Origin: Chiloscyllium plagiosum
Taxonomy: Eukaryota
NCBI RefSeq assembly: GCF_004010195.1
Contig: NC_057758.1
Span: 8,290,956-8,354,955 of the forward strand
DNA: 64,000 nucleotides
Direction: 5' to 3'
Of this stretch, positions 1-12,924 are shown one piece after another. The translations under genes and the position numbers were made by a program. The notes under the pieces are model-generated. The model was not told the origin of the DNA. It worked only from the letters and a program-made list of their open reading frames with translations, and searched no databases. Numbering within the stretch: the stretch's first letter is position 1; each line of letters opens with the position of its first letter.

Positions 1-186
1 TCCTCCATGTCCCTCCTCCCTACCTTTTATCTTCTCCTGCTGAACACTCTCTGCTCATTCCTGAAGTAGGGCCTGTGCCCGTGACGTCGAATCTCCTGTT
101 CCCTGGATGCTGCCTGACCTGCTGTGCTGTTCCAGCAATGAAGTTTCAACTTTGATCTCCAGCATCTGCAGACCTCACTTTCTCCC
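1..186 (+). mobile_element. 3' terminal repeat (pLTR) of a Penelope-like element with degenerate hammerhead core
   Basis: attc-CTGAAGT-agggc-ctgt-gccc-GTGA-cgtc-gaat, followed by ggatgctgcctgacctgctgtg...ctccagcatctgcagacctcactttctcc; the same motif caps the GIY-YIG-bearing fragment at 38200-39430. Confidence 0.75.
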
Positions 187-429
187 CAACTGGGGAATGA
201 ACATTGCTAATTCGGTCCAGCAGAACATTGCAAATGACAAGTATTAAATCTGTTGCTGGCACTGGCAACAAGCAGCAAGGCACATATTTATGGAGGTTTC
301 AGTATTTTTGAATCAGGATCACAGATTCAATTGCAAGGGCGCACAGGTTCAGAGTGTGGGAGGGAGGGAATAAGTTTGGGAAGATGTGCCTCGAAAGTTT
401 TCACGCAGACAGCGTTAAGAGACTACGTT

Positions 430-780
430 TAGCTTAACTTTCTTCAATGTTCAATGGAACAAACTGCGTATACCATGAGGCTGTTTTTACAATCATTCAG
501 CATGATAATGTGCCCCTTACAGTTTCAGCTGCCATAAACATATATGTAATCTTTCCCTGGAATATAGATAAGGGACTCTCAGTAAATAAATAATTCATCA
601 TCTAATAACTTGTTGTATTTACAATAAATGAAAAGGAAAGGTAATTACATGAGAGAATAGTTTAGTGACAATAGTTTAGCCAAGTGAAACTTCATATAAG
701 ACCATTTCCGAATCCCAGCTATCTCAGGAAATGTATTCTTAACTTTGTTTACCACGACGGTATTTTTCTCCACTTCTCAA
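430..780 (-). pseudogene. possible very decayed GPR139-like GPCR fragment (ICL3-TM7)
   Basis: Minus-strand translation gives DSEM (cf. DTEM in the 36.7-kb copy) and MLNDCKNSLMVYAV (cf. LLSCCTNTCVYVV); many stops and indels. Confidence 0.25.
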
Positions 781-904
781 TTACAATCATCAGTTTTTCC
801 TTGGAAGTAGAATAAAATAAAATGCTATAAATCACTAACTTTACCCAGAACTCTTGTACATCGTTTTTGGAAACCTGGCTCTATGATTTCCTTCCAAATT
901 TAAA

Positions 905-1330
905 CTATGATCATCAGTCGAGAAAACTGAATCCTTTCTAATGTGGCAATGCCATCAACACATCTAACACTTGTAATTTTCAATCTCCTACTGGACAGAA
1001 TTAGCGTTCTTAATACCCCAGTTTCATTCTTCGACATCACCCTTTTGTATGTATTCAGAGTTGTTGTGTTTCTTATGGCACTTCCCTGTTTTGTTCAGTT
1101 CACATTTGCTTTCCAATTTCATCGATCTTTAAGCATTTCTGGTCACATTTATACTCAAGATACGACAAGAAGAGAACAGCGACTGTGGTTATTGGATATT
1201 GCGAGTGCTGTCAATTGTTTACGCTTAATTCCTGATAACTTACATTTGAACCTTCTTATGTTATTGAAAATGTGTTTTAATGTTGCAACTGAACACCACA
1301 GTATTATTCCACTTTTTTCTGGACTATGAT
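905..1330 (+). pseudogene. GPR139-like GPCR pseudogene fragment (TM2-TM4)
   Basis: ORF 943-1329 AMPSTHLTLVIFNLLLDRI...CFVQFTFAFQFHRSLSI aligns with AMAASDLLVIILDLILRHL...CSVWFTAAFTFDRFVAT of the 37-kb copy; a shifted frame gives KRTATVVIG (cf. KTATIVLG). Confidence 0.65.
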
Positions 1331-1699
1331 TTCACTTTATTTTATTTTATTTTACGTATAATCCTGTGTAACTGAGCACAGTGAAAAGCATTTTTTGTGA
1401 ACAGCACACATATATCATCGTAATCAAGGATATGCAGATGATAGACTGAAAAAAACCTGGACAGATAAAGCCATGCATTTTACGACACACAAAACATATA
1501 CGAGGCAAGATCAAGATTAAAATGTTGAGCAATAATTGAAGTTAAAGACTTTATTCATCAGTCTAATAACAGCAGAAAAGAAGTTGCACTTGAACCAGTT
1601 AGTTCGTGTTTCCAAGCTTCTGTTTCTTCTGCCTGACAGAAACTGCTGCCAGAGAGCATTTCCGAGTCGCATGGGTCTTTAATGATGTTAGCAACGTCT

Positions 1700-2440
1700 C
1701 CATGGCAACGAGACTTGAGGATAGAGCCCATAAATCGGGGATTGGATTTCGTGATCGTCTCAGCTATGCACACATCCTTCTGTAGTTAATTTAGGTTCTG
1801 CGCAGAGCAGTTGCCATATCAGGCCGTTGTGCATCTGGCAGAATGCTCTCGATGGAGCAGCTATAATAGTTGGTGAGGGTTGTTTTGGAGAAGCCAAATT
1901 TCCTGCGCCGCCTGGGGAAGAAGAGACATTATGGCACCTTCTTGACTTTCCCATCTACGTGGAAAGTCCAGGACAGATTGTCGGTTATCATCATGCCAAG
2001 GAACTTGAAGCTGTCAAATTCATCAAACTCAACTCAGTTGATATAGATGGGTTTGTGTTCTCCTCTTCTTTTTTCTGAAATCTATTATCAGTACTTTAGA
2101 TTTGCCAACATTGAGAGACAGATTATTTTCATTGTACCACGTAAGAAAACCCTCGATCTCCTTTCTCTTTGCTGAGCTCTCATCATTGTATCACATCCTT
2201 CCTCGCGTGGACATGTCGTTAGCAAATTTGGAGATGTCGTTCATTCGGCAACACAGCCGTGGAAGTGCAGGGGATGAGGACCCATCTTTCGGGGCGCCAA
2301 TATTGAGAATTTTGACGGAGGAGATGCAGTGGGCTATCTTCTGGTCAGGAAACTCAGTTGGAAAACGTCGGGCCGAGGTCTGACCTCGGATTTTTCAGAT
2401 CTCTCTTCTTTGATAATGGTATTGAACGGAGAGCTTTCGT
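1700..2440 (-). mobile_element. Rex1/Babar-type LINE, decayed RT C-terminal fragment
   Basis: Minus strand reads DSFKFLGMMITDNLSWTFHVDGKVKK..LFFPRRRRKFG, typical of Rex1/Babar RT. Confidence 0.7.
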
Positions 2441-2449
2441 CAACATTAC

Positions 2450-2760
2450 AATTGTGAAAATATGACATATCTGATATTTTCTTTGCAACACAGAAATATC
2501 TAAACATTTAGTGTTCCCAGATTATCGAAAAAGAATGAGATTTTCATCAGCCACTTCCACATCTCTTTTAGTCTTTCTGAATTTCGCCATTTGTCCATGT
2601 AGTTTCCACCCCTATTTGTCAGTCTACTGTAAAGAAAAATTGTCAAAAGCTCAGAAATGGACTTCAACAAAACCTGGAACATGAATAGCAAATGGCTTAA
2701 GTAAGAACTCATCCGATGTTCGCAAGGATTTGAACTTGGCTTCGAGAAGACAAGCAATCA
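2450..2760 (-). pseudogene. decayed GPR139-like fragment (TM5-ICL3-TM6)
   Basis: LSHLLFMFQVLLKSI, then TNGEIQKD in a shifted frame (cf. SNGENQKD in the 47.5-kb copy), then KEM...ISFFFDNLGT. Confidence 0.4.
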
Positions 2761-3266
2761 TTGGCGAAGTAGGGCACATTTACTTACTTTATCAGAGCCA
2801 TAATTTGTTTGAAAACCTTACTTTCTCCCATATTCTGTCGAGTAATTGAAGAACTAACGAGAAAGCAGATGAGCATTAACTGTTCAAGCTTGCCTCATTA
2901 GAGAATTTGTTAACTTTACAATTCTTGACGTGACTTCTCACTAATTGCTGAGTGAACGAATTTGAAATTTCGTGCAAATTAATTAAAGAGCGAGTAACTG
3001 GACAGCAAACCTTCCGCCCAAAGTATTTACTACACTCAGAAAAACAGAATCATAAGCGCAGAACCCTTGCTCATGTAAAGTGATACACCGATTGAATAAT
3101 AAGATTAGGTGGCAGGCCAGCAATATTAGCAGATCACATTTAATCGTCAGACGCTTCAACAATTAAGAAGTAAGATTCTACAATCAAGTCAGTCTTTAAC
3201 ATTGGCTAGAATATATAAAATTCCAGTTAAATGACAATATGAGAATATTGCAGATAATGGAGATTG

Positions 3267-3515
3267 GAGCGACATGGTGGCTCAGAGGTAAATACTGCTG
3301 CATTGCAGCACCAAGAAACCGTATTCAAATCCAGTCTGTGTGGAATTTGTAGTCTCCTGCGTGTTCTGGTTTTCTTCCATAGTGGAAATATTCCCTGTTT
3401 TGATATACTGTGAAATGCGTGGTTTCGGTTGGTCTGCCCGGTCTGCCCAAAGCGGGTCGGTCTGGAGCTGATGGGCCGAATGACGTGTTTCCAGCAGTGT
3501 GGGCATTATATGATA
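3267..3515 (+). mobile_element. tRNA-derived SINE (HE1/V-SINE-like), diverged
   Basis: Head gcgacatggtggctcagaggtaaatactgctgc (A-box-like), tgtgtggaatttg core, tail gggccgaatgacgtgtttcca. Confidence 0.75.
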
Positions 3516-3639
3516 ACGTTAGCACTAATGGAAATATTGAACTTTTTAGATGGATCACGAAAAGGGCACAGTTCTTTGGAAATGAGGGCCAGATACTTAG
3601 GAAAACGCGAATAAGTGGTGATTACAATGATATTATCAA

Positions 3640-3733
3640 GAACCCGTGGACCACAGAGGACGCATTCGGCTCTTGCACGGGTTCCTGGTGCTGAGAGGCA
3701 GCAGTATTAATCTCTGAGCCACGATGTCGCTCC
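3640..3733 (-). mobile_element. tRNA-derived SINE head, inverted relative to 3267
   Basis: Reverse complement gcgacatcgtggctcagagattaatactgctgcctctcagcaccaggaaccc. Confidence 0.7.
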
Positions 3734-3949
3734 AGTCTCTACTATCTGCAATAATGTCATATTCACCCTTGCACCAAACACCATTGCAAGGTCAAACGGG
3801 TCAAGAAAATGAAAACAACCGACAGAGATTCATGTTAGGTAATAACTATCTCCATTTTCGATTTGAAATACAGACATTTTCCAGGAGCAGAAACAAGAAA
3901 GAACGGGCGCCAACTGTGTAGCGGGGCGCTAGCATGCAGGAGAGCAAGA

Positions 3950-4330
3950 CAAATGCCAGAAATAACAAATGCGAAACTTCAAGTGATTGACGAAAGGGAC
4001 ACAAGTGGATTTATGCATAATAAGGCACTCTACAATGTGTTGATACAACATGTATCCCATGACACAAAGACTACAGTAATGACAGAATATAAGGCAATTC
4101 GTGTCTCCTTGTGCATTCAAGTGAAGTTATCGTATGTGTACAGTGATCGACCTGAAAGCTTGTTAAACGTGTGTTGATAATGGAAATTGAAAGGGTAGCT
4201 GGAGGCACATTTCGGGTCCTTCATGCCCGTGGACAGCACAGTGTAGAATTTGCAATGTCGAAGATAGCCGTATATGGATCTTGGAAGATTATGAGGATAA
4301 ATGTAAGTTCCTTTGCTGAAGATGCCTGTG
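3950..4330 (-). pseudogene. possible decayed class A GPCR of a different family (NPxxY type)
   Basis: Ordered minus-strand motifs TFILIIFQDPYTAIF (DRY-like), HKETRIALYSVITVVFVSW (TM6-like), LCINPLV (TM7-like); spacing shorter than normal. Confidence 0.3.
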
Positions 4331-4884
4331 TTTCCTTTCCTACCCAAACTGCAGCATTTTTCTCTTTGTTGATTTCTGGTCTTTGTGGCCCGTGTGTAGT
4401 GTGATTGGTGGGCACGGTTGGCAAACAAATGCAATCTGAATTAAAGTACTGAGCTGCAGCCTTTCCTTAAACGTCCTCCCTCCCCCTCTCATCTCACTAA
4501 AATATCTCTTCGTTTTTTCCATTCCTGGAGCACGGGTTCTGAACGTAGAGGCGAAATCGGAGATTATTTTGTTTGCCTTTGCACAGACCAGCAGGTGAGT
4601 GTCAGATGGTGTCTGTCTCTATGCGTGTGAGTGAGAAAATGTGTTGGTGGTGCTGGAATCTCATTGCCAGTTTTTATCCTTTAACCTCTCATCTTCATGA
4701 ACCTGCCAGACTGAAGCAAACCCGATGAACAGGGCTTGTCCCGGAATGGAGAGCGAAGATGTGAGAAATCGTCGACTGAGCTTGGATCCACTGGAATCAT
4801 GAATCCCCATACACCATGACGTTCTTTAACTCCAATTTGTCCCGATCTCATTTTCGCCATTTCGTGATCACTCTCGATATTTTA

Positions 4885-5297
4885 TATGCCTATCTCGCTC
4901 TCTTTCTCTGTCTCTTTTTCTTTCCCAGTCTCGCTGTCTCTCCCAGAGTCTATGTGTGTGTCCCTCAGCCTCTTTCTGTCCTGTTTTCTCTCTCTCGTTC
5001 TTTCTCCATTCTTTTATCCACTCTGTCTTTCGTTCCCAACCTTCCCATTTCTTTCTCACGTTTCCTCTTTCTTCCCAATTCTCTTTCTCTGTTCTGATTA
5101 TTTTGCTTTCTCGAGGTGTCTCTAACCTCTTTCGTTCACAGTCTAGAGCTATCCTTCCTCTATCTCTTGTCTTTCTTTGTCTTTCGCTGCCTGTCTCTTT
5201 TTGTCTACTTTTCTTTTTCCTTTTCTTTCGCTGTATGTCCTTCTTTATTCCTCTTTTCTCTCCACTTCTTCTCGGCACTTGCCATCACTCTTTCATT
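4885..5297. repeat. CT-rich low-complexity tract
   Basis: Almost pure pyrimidine on the + strand; the overlapping F/L/S-rich and R/E/K-rich ORFs are compositional artefacts. Confidence 0.9.
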
Positions 5298-5898
5298 NNN
5301 NNNNNNNNNNNNNNNNNNNNNNNNNNNNNNNNNNNNNNNNNNNNNNNNNNNNNNNNNNNNNNNNNNNNNNNNNNNNNNNNNNNNNNNNNNNNNNNNNNNN
5401 NNNNNNNNNNNNNNNNNNNNNNNNNNNNNNNNNNNNNNNNNNNNNNNNNNNNNNNNNNNNNNNNNNNNNNNNNNNNNNNNNNNNNNNNNNNNNNNNNNNN
5501 NNNNNNNNNNNNNNNNNNNNNNNNNNNNNNNNNNNNNNNNNNNNNNNNNNNNNNNNNNNNNNNNNNNNNNNNNNNNNNNNNNNNNNNNNNNNNNNNNNNN
5601 NNNNNNNNNNNNNNNNNNNNNNNNNNNNNNNNNNNNNNNNNNNNNNNNNNNNNNNNNNNNNNNNNNNNNNNNNNNNNNNNNNNNNNNNNNNNNNNNNNNN
5701 NNNNNNNNNNNNNNNNNNNNNNNNNNNNNNNNNNNNNNNNNNNNNNNNNNNNNNNNNNNNNNNNNNNNNNNNNNNNNNNNNNNNNNNNNNNNNNNNNNNN
5801 NNNNNNNNNNNNNNNNNNNNNNNNNNNNNNNNNNNNNNNNNNNNNNNNNNNNNNNNNNNNNNNNNNNNNNNNNNNNNNNNNNNNNNNNNNNNNNNNNN
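5298..5898. other. assembly gap
   Basis: N run. Confidence 1.
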
Positions 5899-7739
5899 CC
5901 GAAAGTTTTTTGACCCTCTCAAATTTTGCTCCCCTAAGACTTATCCCTATATCTTTTGCAGTCGTTCACACTTTGTTGCGTCCTACGTAGTATTTCTCAA
6001 ACCGTTCGTCTTTTGCACCTGAGTCTCCCAGTTTATTAGACCCTTGCATTTGCACAACCCTTCAAGTTTCCCTCCTCTCATTTTTTGCACTAACTCCAAA
6101 ATGACATTATCATCCCCTATTTCACAGCCACCAAACCACCATCCTTCATTTATGCACCACCCCTGACTTACCTCAATTGTTTGCATGACTCCAAATATTG
6201 GAACCCCCAATTATTTCAGATATTGTTCCTTCACTCCGTTAAAACGTGATGTCCATAAATTTAGCACTCACTCTTCCGAATTCCCCATATATTGTGAAAC
6301 ACCTTGCATGCCTGCCTTCACTTAGCACTTACCCCAAATGTTTTACTGCCACTCCTTGCTCAATTATTCCCGCTGAAATTTCCTTTCAATATATTTCAAT
6401 CTTACAATTTTCCACCTCCATTTGTCAAATTCCCAAATATAATCCACACGCAGAATTTGTGACTCTTCTTTAATTGTGTGCGTGCCTACATTTTGGCAGC
6501 TGCCAGTGCAACAACTTGTGCATTCCCTCATAACTGCCGCTGAAAGCCGTCCACAATTATGCAACTTCCTCCAGCTTTGCTACCCAATTTTTCATTACCT
6601 GAACTATTGCACCCACAGTCATTTCCCTCTCTCTAAACTTTCTGCGTTCCATTTTCCCCTTACCACTATATATATTGCCCCTCAAATTTTGCTCCCAATA
6701 AATGTTTTACGTACCCATTCACCCATTCAGAACAGAGAGATTCAGGGCAAAAGGCTTATTAGCGGGGAAAAGAAAGTTCAGGGAGAAAGAAGGGCTGACA
6801 GAGGAAAGGAAAAGCAGGAAGAGTTAGAGAGAGAGAGAGACTCTGGGAGAGACAGACAGACAGAATGATGGAAAAGCAGGGAGAACGAAATCCTCCAGAA
6901 TTTCAGTCCATAAATATTTGCAATCTGCAACATTTGCAGATCCCTTTACAATACTTGCTTAACTCCGATATGACTTACAGCCCCATTCTTCCTACCTTAA
7001 ACTCTAACCTTCATTCTTTGTGTAACTACACTGACAATGCTACTTCCGTCTTTTCCTCACGCTCTGTCTGCCCCCAAAGTATTTCTCTCTCGATTTTGCA
7101 GTCCCATAATTTTGCAAACAACGTGAATGTAGCTTGTACGCCATATAATTTCATTTTTTACAAAGAATGTTTGTACTCTCGATACTGCATTTTCCTCAAT
7201 TTTATATCTCGCCAGTATTGCCACCTCCCTAAGTTTTGCCCGCTTCCCCGACGTTATGTCTGCTCAAAAATGTTCTCGCTCAAATATTGCACATCCTTCC
7301 GAATATTTCGCTTTAAAAATTATACCCAAACTGTCTGGCCCAATTCAAAACTTTACTGGCGCTTAGTATTGCAACTGATCTCCTTCATCTGACTGGGGTC
7401 CATGCACGTCATATACTGTATCACCCTGTCCCCATGCCTGCCCCACAATATGTAAAAATATCTCTGTATCATCACACTCTCCACTGCTCCATTTGTTTGG
7501 TTGCAGGAAGATGAAGGGAGTGAGGGAGACAGACAGTCACGGACGCATTGTAAGGAAAAGAAGGCAGATAATTTAGAGAGGAGGAAGATTGAGGTGGGAT
7601 AAAGGGGAAGTGAATCAAAGAGAAAAACGTATAAGGTATCTGAAAGACCAGATTAAGTGAGAGAAAATTTAAGTGGAGTGGAAAAATAGAGAAAAAAAGG
7701 AGAGCAAGAGAAGACGTGAGAGTGAAATCCCGGGAGGGT

Positions 7740-9180
7740 GATATTTCTTCACTTCTTGCCCCTCAGAAGCCTCGTGTAATATCCAGTCCTTAATACTCTG
7801 CACCATGTTATACTCTACAACCATCCTCCATTTTCCATGTCAATCTTTTGCCCCATCCAATATGCCTCTCTGTCAGTCCTCTGTGGAGCAAACACTCAAT
7901 CTCATCGATCACCCAGTCCAAAATGGGTAGGGATCAATGCAACATTATACTGATCTACCAGTCCTCCACGGAGATGGATCCACCCCCTACCACTTCATTC
8001 GCCTGGTAATGAAATATCCATCCCCAATCAACCTTTTTCTCCCATTGCTGAGTTCGAAAGGCTTTTTAGTTGACTTCACAGGTCTGTTGTCCTATTCCAT
8101 ACAATATTTTTGCCACTTCTTTCTGTTTGATACCAAATCTAATTTCTCTTGTCTATCATGGTTCTCACCAGTTTTGCAAATATGCAAGACATGACACTGC
8201 AGTTCGACCATGCGGTGTTAGGATGCCTTGCATTGCTTTTATATCTACAACATTTCAATTATGTTCCCGAATCTGACATCGCTATCATGTATATCATACC
8301 GTTGTACGTTCCTCCATTGTGATCAGGAATCTTGTCACAGAGTTAAATATGTCACTCTCCGTGTTGCCATTAATTCTCGAGGGATGTCAGGCAAAATGAT
8401 TATTAAGTTCATTCGCATTATCCAGCACCCATACTGGGTTGTAATGTTTTCTCTTGGATTCCTCATCCTACGGCTATGGAAACGATGCTGTTTCAACTCC
8501 AGGAGCTCCCCCTCCATGGAGATGTGACTCGTTGATTTCGCCAATCCGGATGCAGATTATAGTGATCAGTTATTATTCATTATTATTTGCAACGTTGTTC
8601 TTATTTTTTTTCCAGTTTAATGTCACTCCCAACAAAGCAATTCCAGACGTGCTACTATTTTGGCATCTTGGTGTATGTCAGCTTAATCCAGACAGTTTCC
8701 AAATGATCGGAACTAATATCCAATCCCCTTATTATATTAATTTCTTCATTATCAAACAATGCCGTTACATTCATTTTGTTGTGCTTGTTCTGGCAGGAGG
8801 CCACGAGCCATTTACGCCTATTTTCTTTTAACATAAGATGTCAATTTCTCCTTTTTTTAACTGTGGCGTTATTTGAAAACGGCTTTTGTTTTGCGAACTC
8901 ACTTTTCTTATTCACTATTCTTTCTTGTCTCTTCTCCATGTTTCCGCATCCTCTGTTTTGTCCAGCATAGATTCCAGTCCTCCTATCATTTATCGTTTAA
9001 ATCTTCACAATCACTATCACCAATAATTCCTCTCAGACATGAAGTCCAAATCTCTCTTTCCGAAATTTGTTGCACAGCCCACGGAGGAGAGGAAGGAATT
9101 AGAATGTGCAATACCTGTGATAATAATGTTCAAGCCTGCATTAAACTTAGTTTATTATCATACTGAGAGTTTGTTTCTTG
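7740..9180 (-). mobile_element. old CR1 LINE fragment (APE endonuclease region)
   Basis: Minus strand TALFDNEEINIIRGLDISSDHLETVWIKLT resembles the CR1 EN motif VALLVKEEINAIVRKDIS..VESVWVELR. Confidence 0.7.
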
Positions 9181-9199
9181 TCTGGATATTCCAAATGAA

Positions 9200-9830
9200 A
9201 TGGACAATTCATAGATTGAATGATCTTTAAAGGAATGATTCAACGTATTCAACTCCTCTCTGAACTTAGTCTGCATAACTGAGAAGTTGTAAAATGAAAC
9301 CCAATTCCAACATGTACCCATGTAAATTAACAGACTGAAATCCAAAATGATACATACTTTTTCAAATAGAAAACACCGTGAACATTGAATATAACAGATG
9401 AAATTGTTTCAGATAACAACGAGTAAAATGACGGATTTCCTTCGAATTTCAATCTCTGCATCTCGACAATTTTCTTCTCTGCTGTGATCCCTGAGACTCC
9501 TGCGGGCTCTAATTGTCACTAAATTGGCCTGTCAGAAAAAAACATTGAGCAAGAGAATCAGTGAAAATGGGAGAGTAAGGTGTGGAGAACACACTTGATT
9601 GTGACCGAGGCATGAGACAACGGAACATTGTTTTTATTACACCAAATCAGAGATTTTCAAAGGACAGCGTCGTAAATGTTCATACATGGTATGGAGAACA
9701 AGAAATAAAAAAAACGATAAATAATCAGAATGTGTCTCAATGTCCGGCCAAGGATAATGACCAGTAGATCTGACAGAAACATGACCACCTGCTTACGACT
9801 GACGCATGGAGACAATCCACAAGAGGACGG
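9200..9830 (-). pseudogene. GPR139-like GPCR pseudogene, internally deleted
   Basis: GLSPCVSRKQVVMFLSDLLVIILGRTLRHIL (TM2); IRARRSLRDHSREENCRDAEIEIRRKSVILLVVI (ICL3/TM6); QTKFREELN (helix 8); stops and indels. Confidence 0.85.
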
Positions 9831-10019
9831 CTTGTGTCGATATCAAGTTCTCCCATTGATTCTAAAAAGAAACCCAATAAAAGCGTTGATAGCAATTATT
9901 TAATTTTCCCTCTTCCTATTATTCAAGACAGATGTTTGAGGTCAGAACAAAGTCATCACTGTTTCAGCATGAGGTACAATGAAATATTTTTGGGATTAAT
10001 TTGATTTAATTCTCGGCAA

Positions 10020-12730
10020 TTACTTCATGTTGTCTGCCACGTGTATAATTTTTACTTTCATTCTGTCGTCTTGACACGTGTATAATTTTCAAATTGAATC
10101 GTTGAAATAATAACTTCCTTTCCTTAAAAAGTAAATGTTGAATGTTGTAAGAATAACAGCAGACTCAAGTATCCATTCACAATTGGTTATTTTGCTGATG
10201 CTTATTCATTTTTTTGGAAAAATACTCAATAGATCATTCTAATCCTCGTCATCCTCTTGTTAGACATCAGCAACGACATCCATATCACTCGTCCCGATAG
10301 TTACCCTGAACGGCTTTGTGTAATTAGGTGTGGCTAACACTGGAGCAGTATCATGGTTCTCAATCTATCAAATGCCTCAAAGCAGTTGGCCGTCCAGTGA
10401 AATTTTCTGCACTTCTTCAATCAGTCAGTCAATGAACAAAACACACTACCAATATTCGATGCGAATTTCCTCAAACAACACTTCATCTTAAGAACCTTAG
10501 CACTGCATCTACTTTGATGTGTTGGGAAACTCCTGATTAACCTTTCTTTCCACATCACGCGAGGCCATTTGTTCATGTTCAAGGTTATGGTCCAGATATG
10601 TGGCTTGGACTTTCACAAACACACTGTTAGCCAGGTTTCTAACCAGGTTAACCTCCAAATGTCAACAGAACAATTCCTATTGATGTTGCAAATGTTTCAC
10701 CTGAAGTGGCTGAAAATCACCAGTACTTCCATATATATCACACAATTGGATCATATATAAATGTCTTTATTGATAACTTTGGAAATGTGGTGGTGCATTT
10801 TTTAAATGTAGAATTTCATGACTTATGACATTCAGTGTCGGACATGCTTGAACTATCTTAGTTCAAAAGTTAATAATCGTTCTGCCAGTATCACCTGAGT
10901 AAGGACAACTAAGAAATATAAATTGCTTATCCCACCTTCTCAATGCAGTCTTCCAAAGGTAGAATGGCATCATCATCAGCTCAATTGTCGCTGCATTGAC
11001 TTTGTGATATTCCACACATAATCACTGGATACCATTTGGTTTTGGACTATTATTCTGGGTGAGCTCCACTAACTGGAACTCTCTTTGAAAATGTTGCCGT
11101 TGAGCATGCTTTCAAACTCGTTTAAAATCTGTGCCCATTTTGTAGTGTTAACCCTGGAAGGGTGTTGTTTATCTGATGCAACACTTCGTCTCTCAACATT
11201 ATGTGTTATTAGATTAGTATTTCCAACCTTATTCCCGCATATCTCCCCATGAGATTGTATTAACTCTTTCAGGCCATTTTGATTTCTCTCTGGAAGTTAA
11301 ACTCAGTATTTTATCACAATTTTTGAAATCTTCTTTAATGCCCAATTTAAATTGAGGATTTTCAATTCCGAATCATCTGCAACCTATACCCTTTACTGTG
11401 TTCCAACAAGTAACACATTCCCCTTTTTGCTTTCCTTTCCATCGAAATACTTTAAAACATATTTACATAGCATACTCTGTGGGAATTCATACTATCCAGC
11501 ACTATTATGAAGTAAATCACCTCACTCAATTTCCTTTTAATTTGATAAGGTCCACTAAAGCTTGCTTTTAAAAGTTCACCTATCACTGTAAATAACATGA
11601 GCACTTTATCTCCAACAGCAAAATGGCGATATTTTTTCTTTACTTGTCTGCTTCCTGTTTCATCACCTGCTGTGTTGGTTTTAAATGCAGTCCATCCAAA
11701 CACCCGCTACTTTTATTTTTCCTGAAAAGTTACCATATTCCCAAGTATGTGGTCTCTGCACTCTGACTTACCAAGTTTTCCTTCATTAATTTCAGTGATC
11801 TTCTCACCTCATGCCCAAAAACGAATGCAAATGTTATAAATTTGATAGATTCATTTGGTGTATCCCAAATTGCAAAACGTACTAATGGGATTTCTATACT
11901 GCAATAATGCAGGTAGTTTAAGCATAAGAGTCCCAATTTAGAATTTAATGTTTGATACTACTGTATTAATGTTCCCTGCGATGCTGGATGTTATGCAACG
12001 GAGTTGACTTTTTTATATTCCTCGGCTATATACAACTTTCCTGAATAATTATGTGAAATTTGACATTTCATCTGCTGGTATCATTGTGGTAGTTCATATC
12101 TCGTGAACGATTTCAATAACTGTTATATTTCTTTTAACTGGTCATACTTATTCATGGAATGGCCTCTGAAAATCAGATGGACACATCCATTACAGTCAAC
12201 TAATACTGGTTTCCTCTTTTCTGTTTCAGGTGGGGGCCTTATGCACTCAATTAAGACCTTTGTAAAACGTTCCGCAAACGTACTAACGGAAATTGAAGGT
12301 CTTCCTTTTATAACTGTCGAAGGTTTTCTAATTTCTGAAACGTTTGCCATGCCTGGAAAAATTCTACAACATCCTTATCCAGTCATAGCTTATAAAAAAA
12401 AACATATTTTTAAACATATTTTGCATTGACATTCTGCACTCCCAAATAGCCTACTGCTTGTGATTCATGTACTATCCACAACAGCTATTTTCTATTACCC
12501 ACTGTTTATAAATCTTGCTGAAAGTTTGCCCATTTGTCTTCCAAATGAAAAAATGGCGGTGTCCATTTCTTTGTAACGATATCATTTTCAGAAAGTTACG
12601 TTTTGGGATATGTGGAAATTCTTCATATGTGTATGCGTTTGTATATAATTGTGGGTAAGCTACAATGGACGAATGAACAAAATAATAAGTCATCCATTTG
12701 ATAAGGTTTCTTTTTCACTTTTGTTGGTAG
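10020..12730 (-). mobile_element. Gmr1-type Gypsy LTR element, 3' half (integrase, RT, RNase H), decayed
   Basis: GPY/F motif KASFSGPYQIKRKLSEV (11452-11703), FVFGHEVRRSLKL integrase core, RT LVIFSH...VQATYLDH at ~10550-10730, RNase H end FNLKIIHV at ~10090. Confidence 0.85.
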
Positions 12731-12924
12731 TTCACTTACACTCTTGAAAATAATTACTGTTTTAAAAGTTGTTGCACTATTCTTGGAACTTTGGGGGAAA
12801 TATCAAAACAAATGTATTTTTAAAGCGGGAATAATTGAGAGAGCAGGTACGATCCTGCAGATGAAACAAAAGAGTAGTGAACACGCCCATCCGAATGACC
12901 AGGTAATGCATATTCACACTCAAT

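Noticed and set aside
4525..4600. CAG|GTGAGT donor suggesting an exon
   Set aside because: No supporting acceptor, reading frame or homology visible
4816..6022. Long ORFs of 136-344 aa
   Set aside because: Produced by CT-rich low complexity and N-gap read-through
6476..7392. ORFs of 130 and 175 aa
   Set aside because: No recognisable domain; they overlap GA-rich and degenerate repeat sequence
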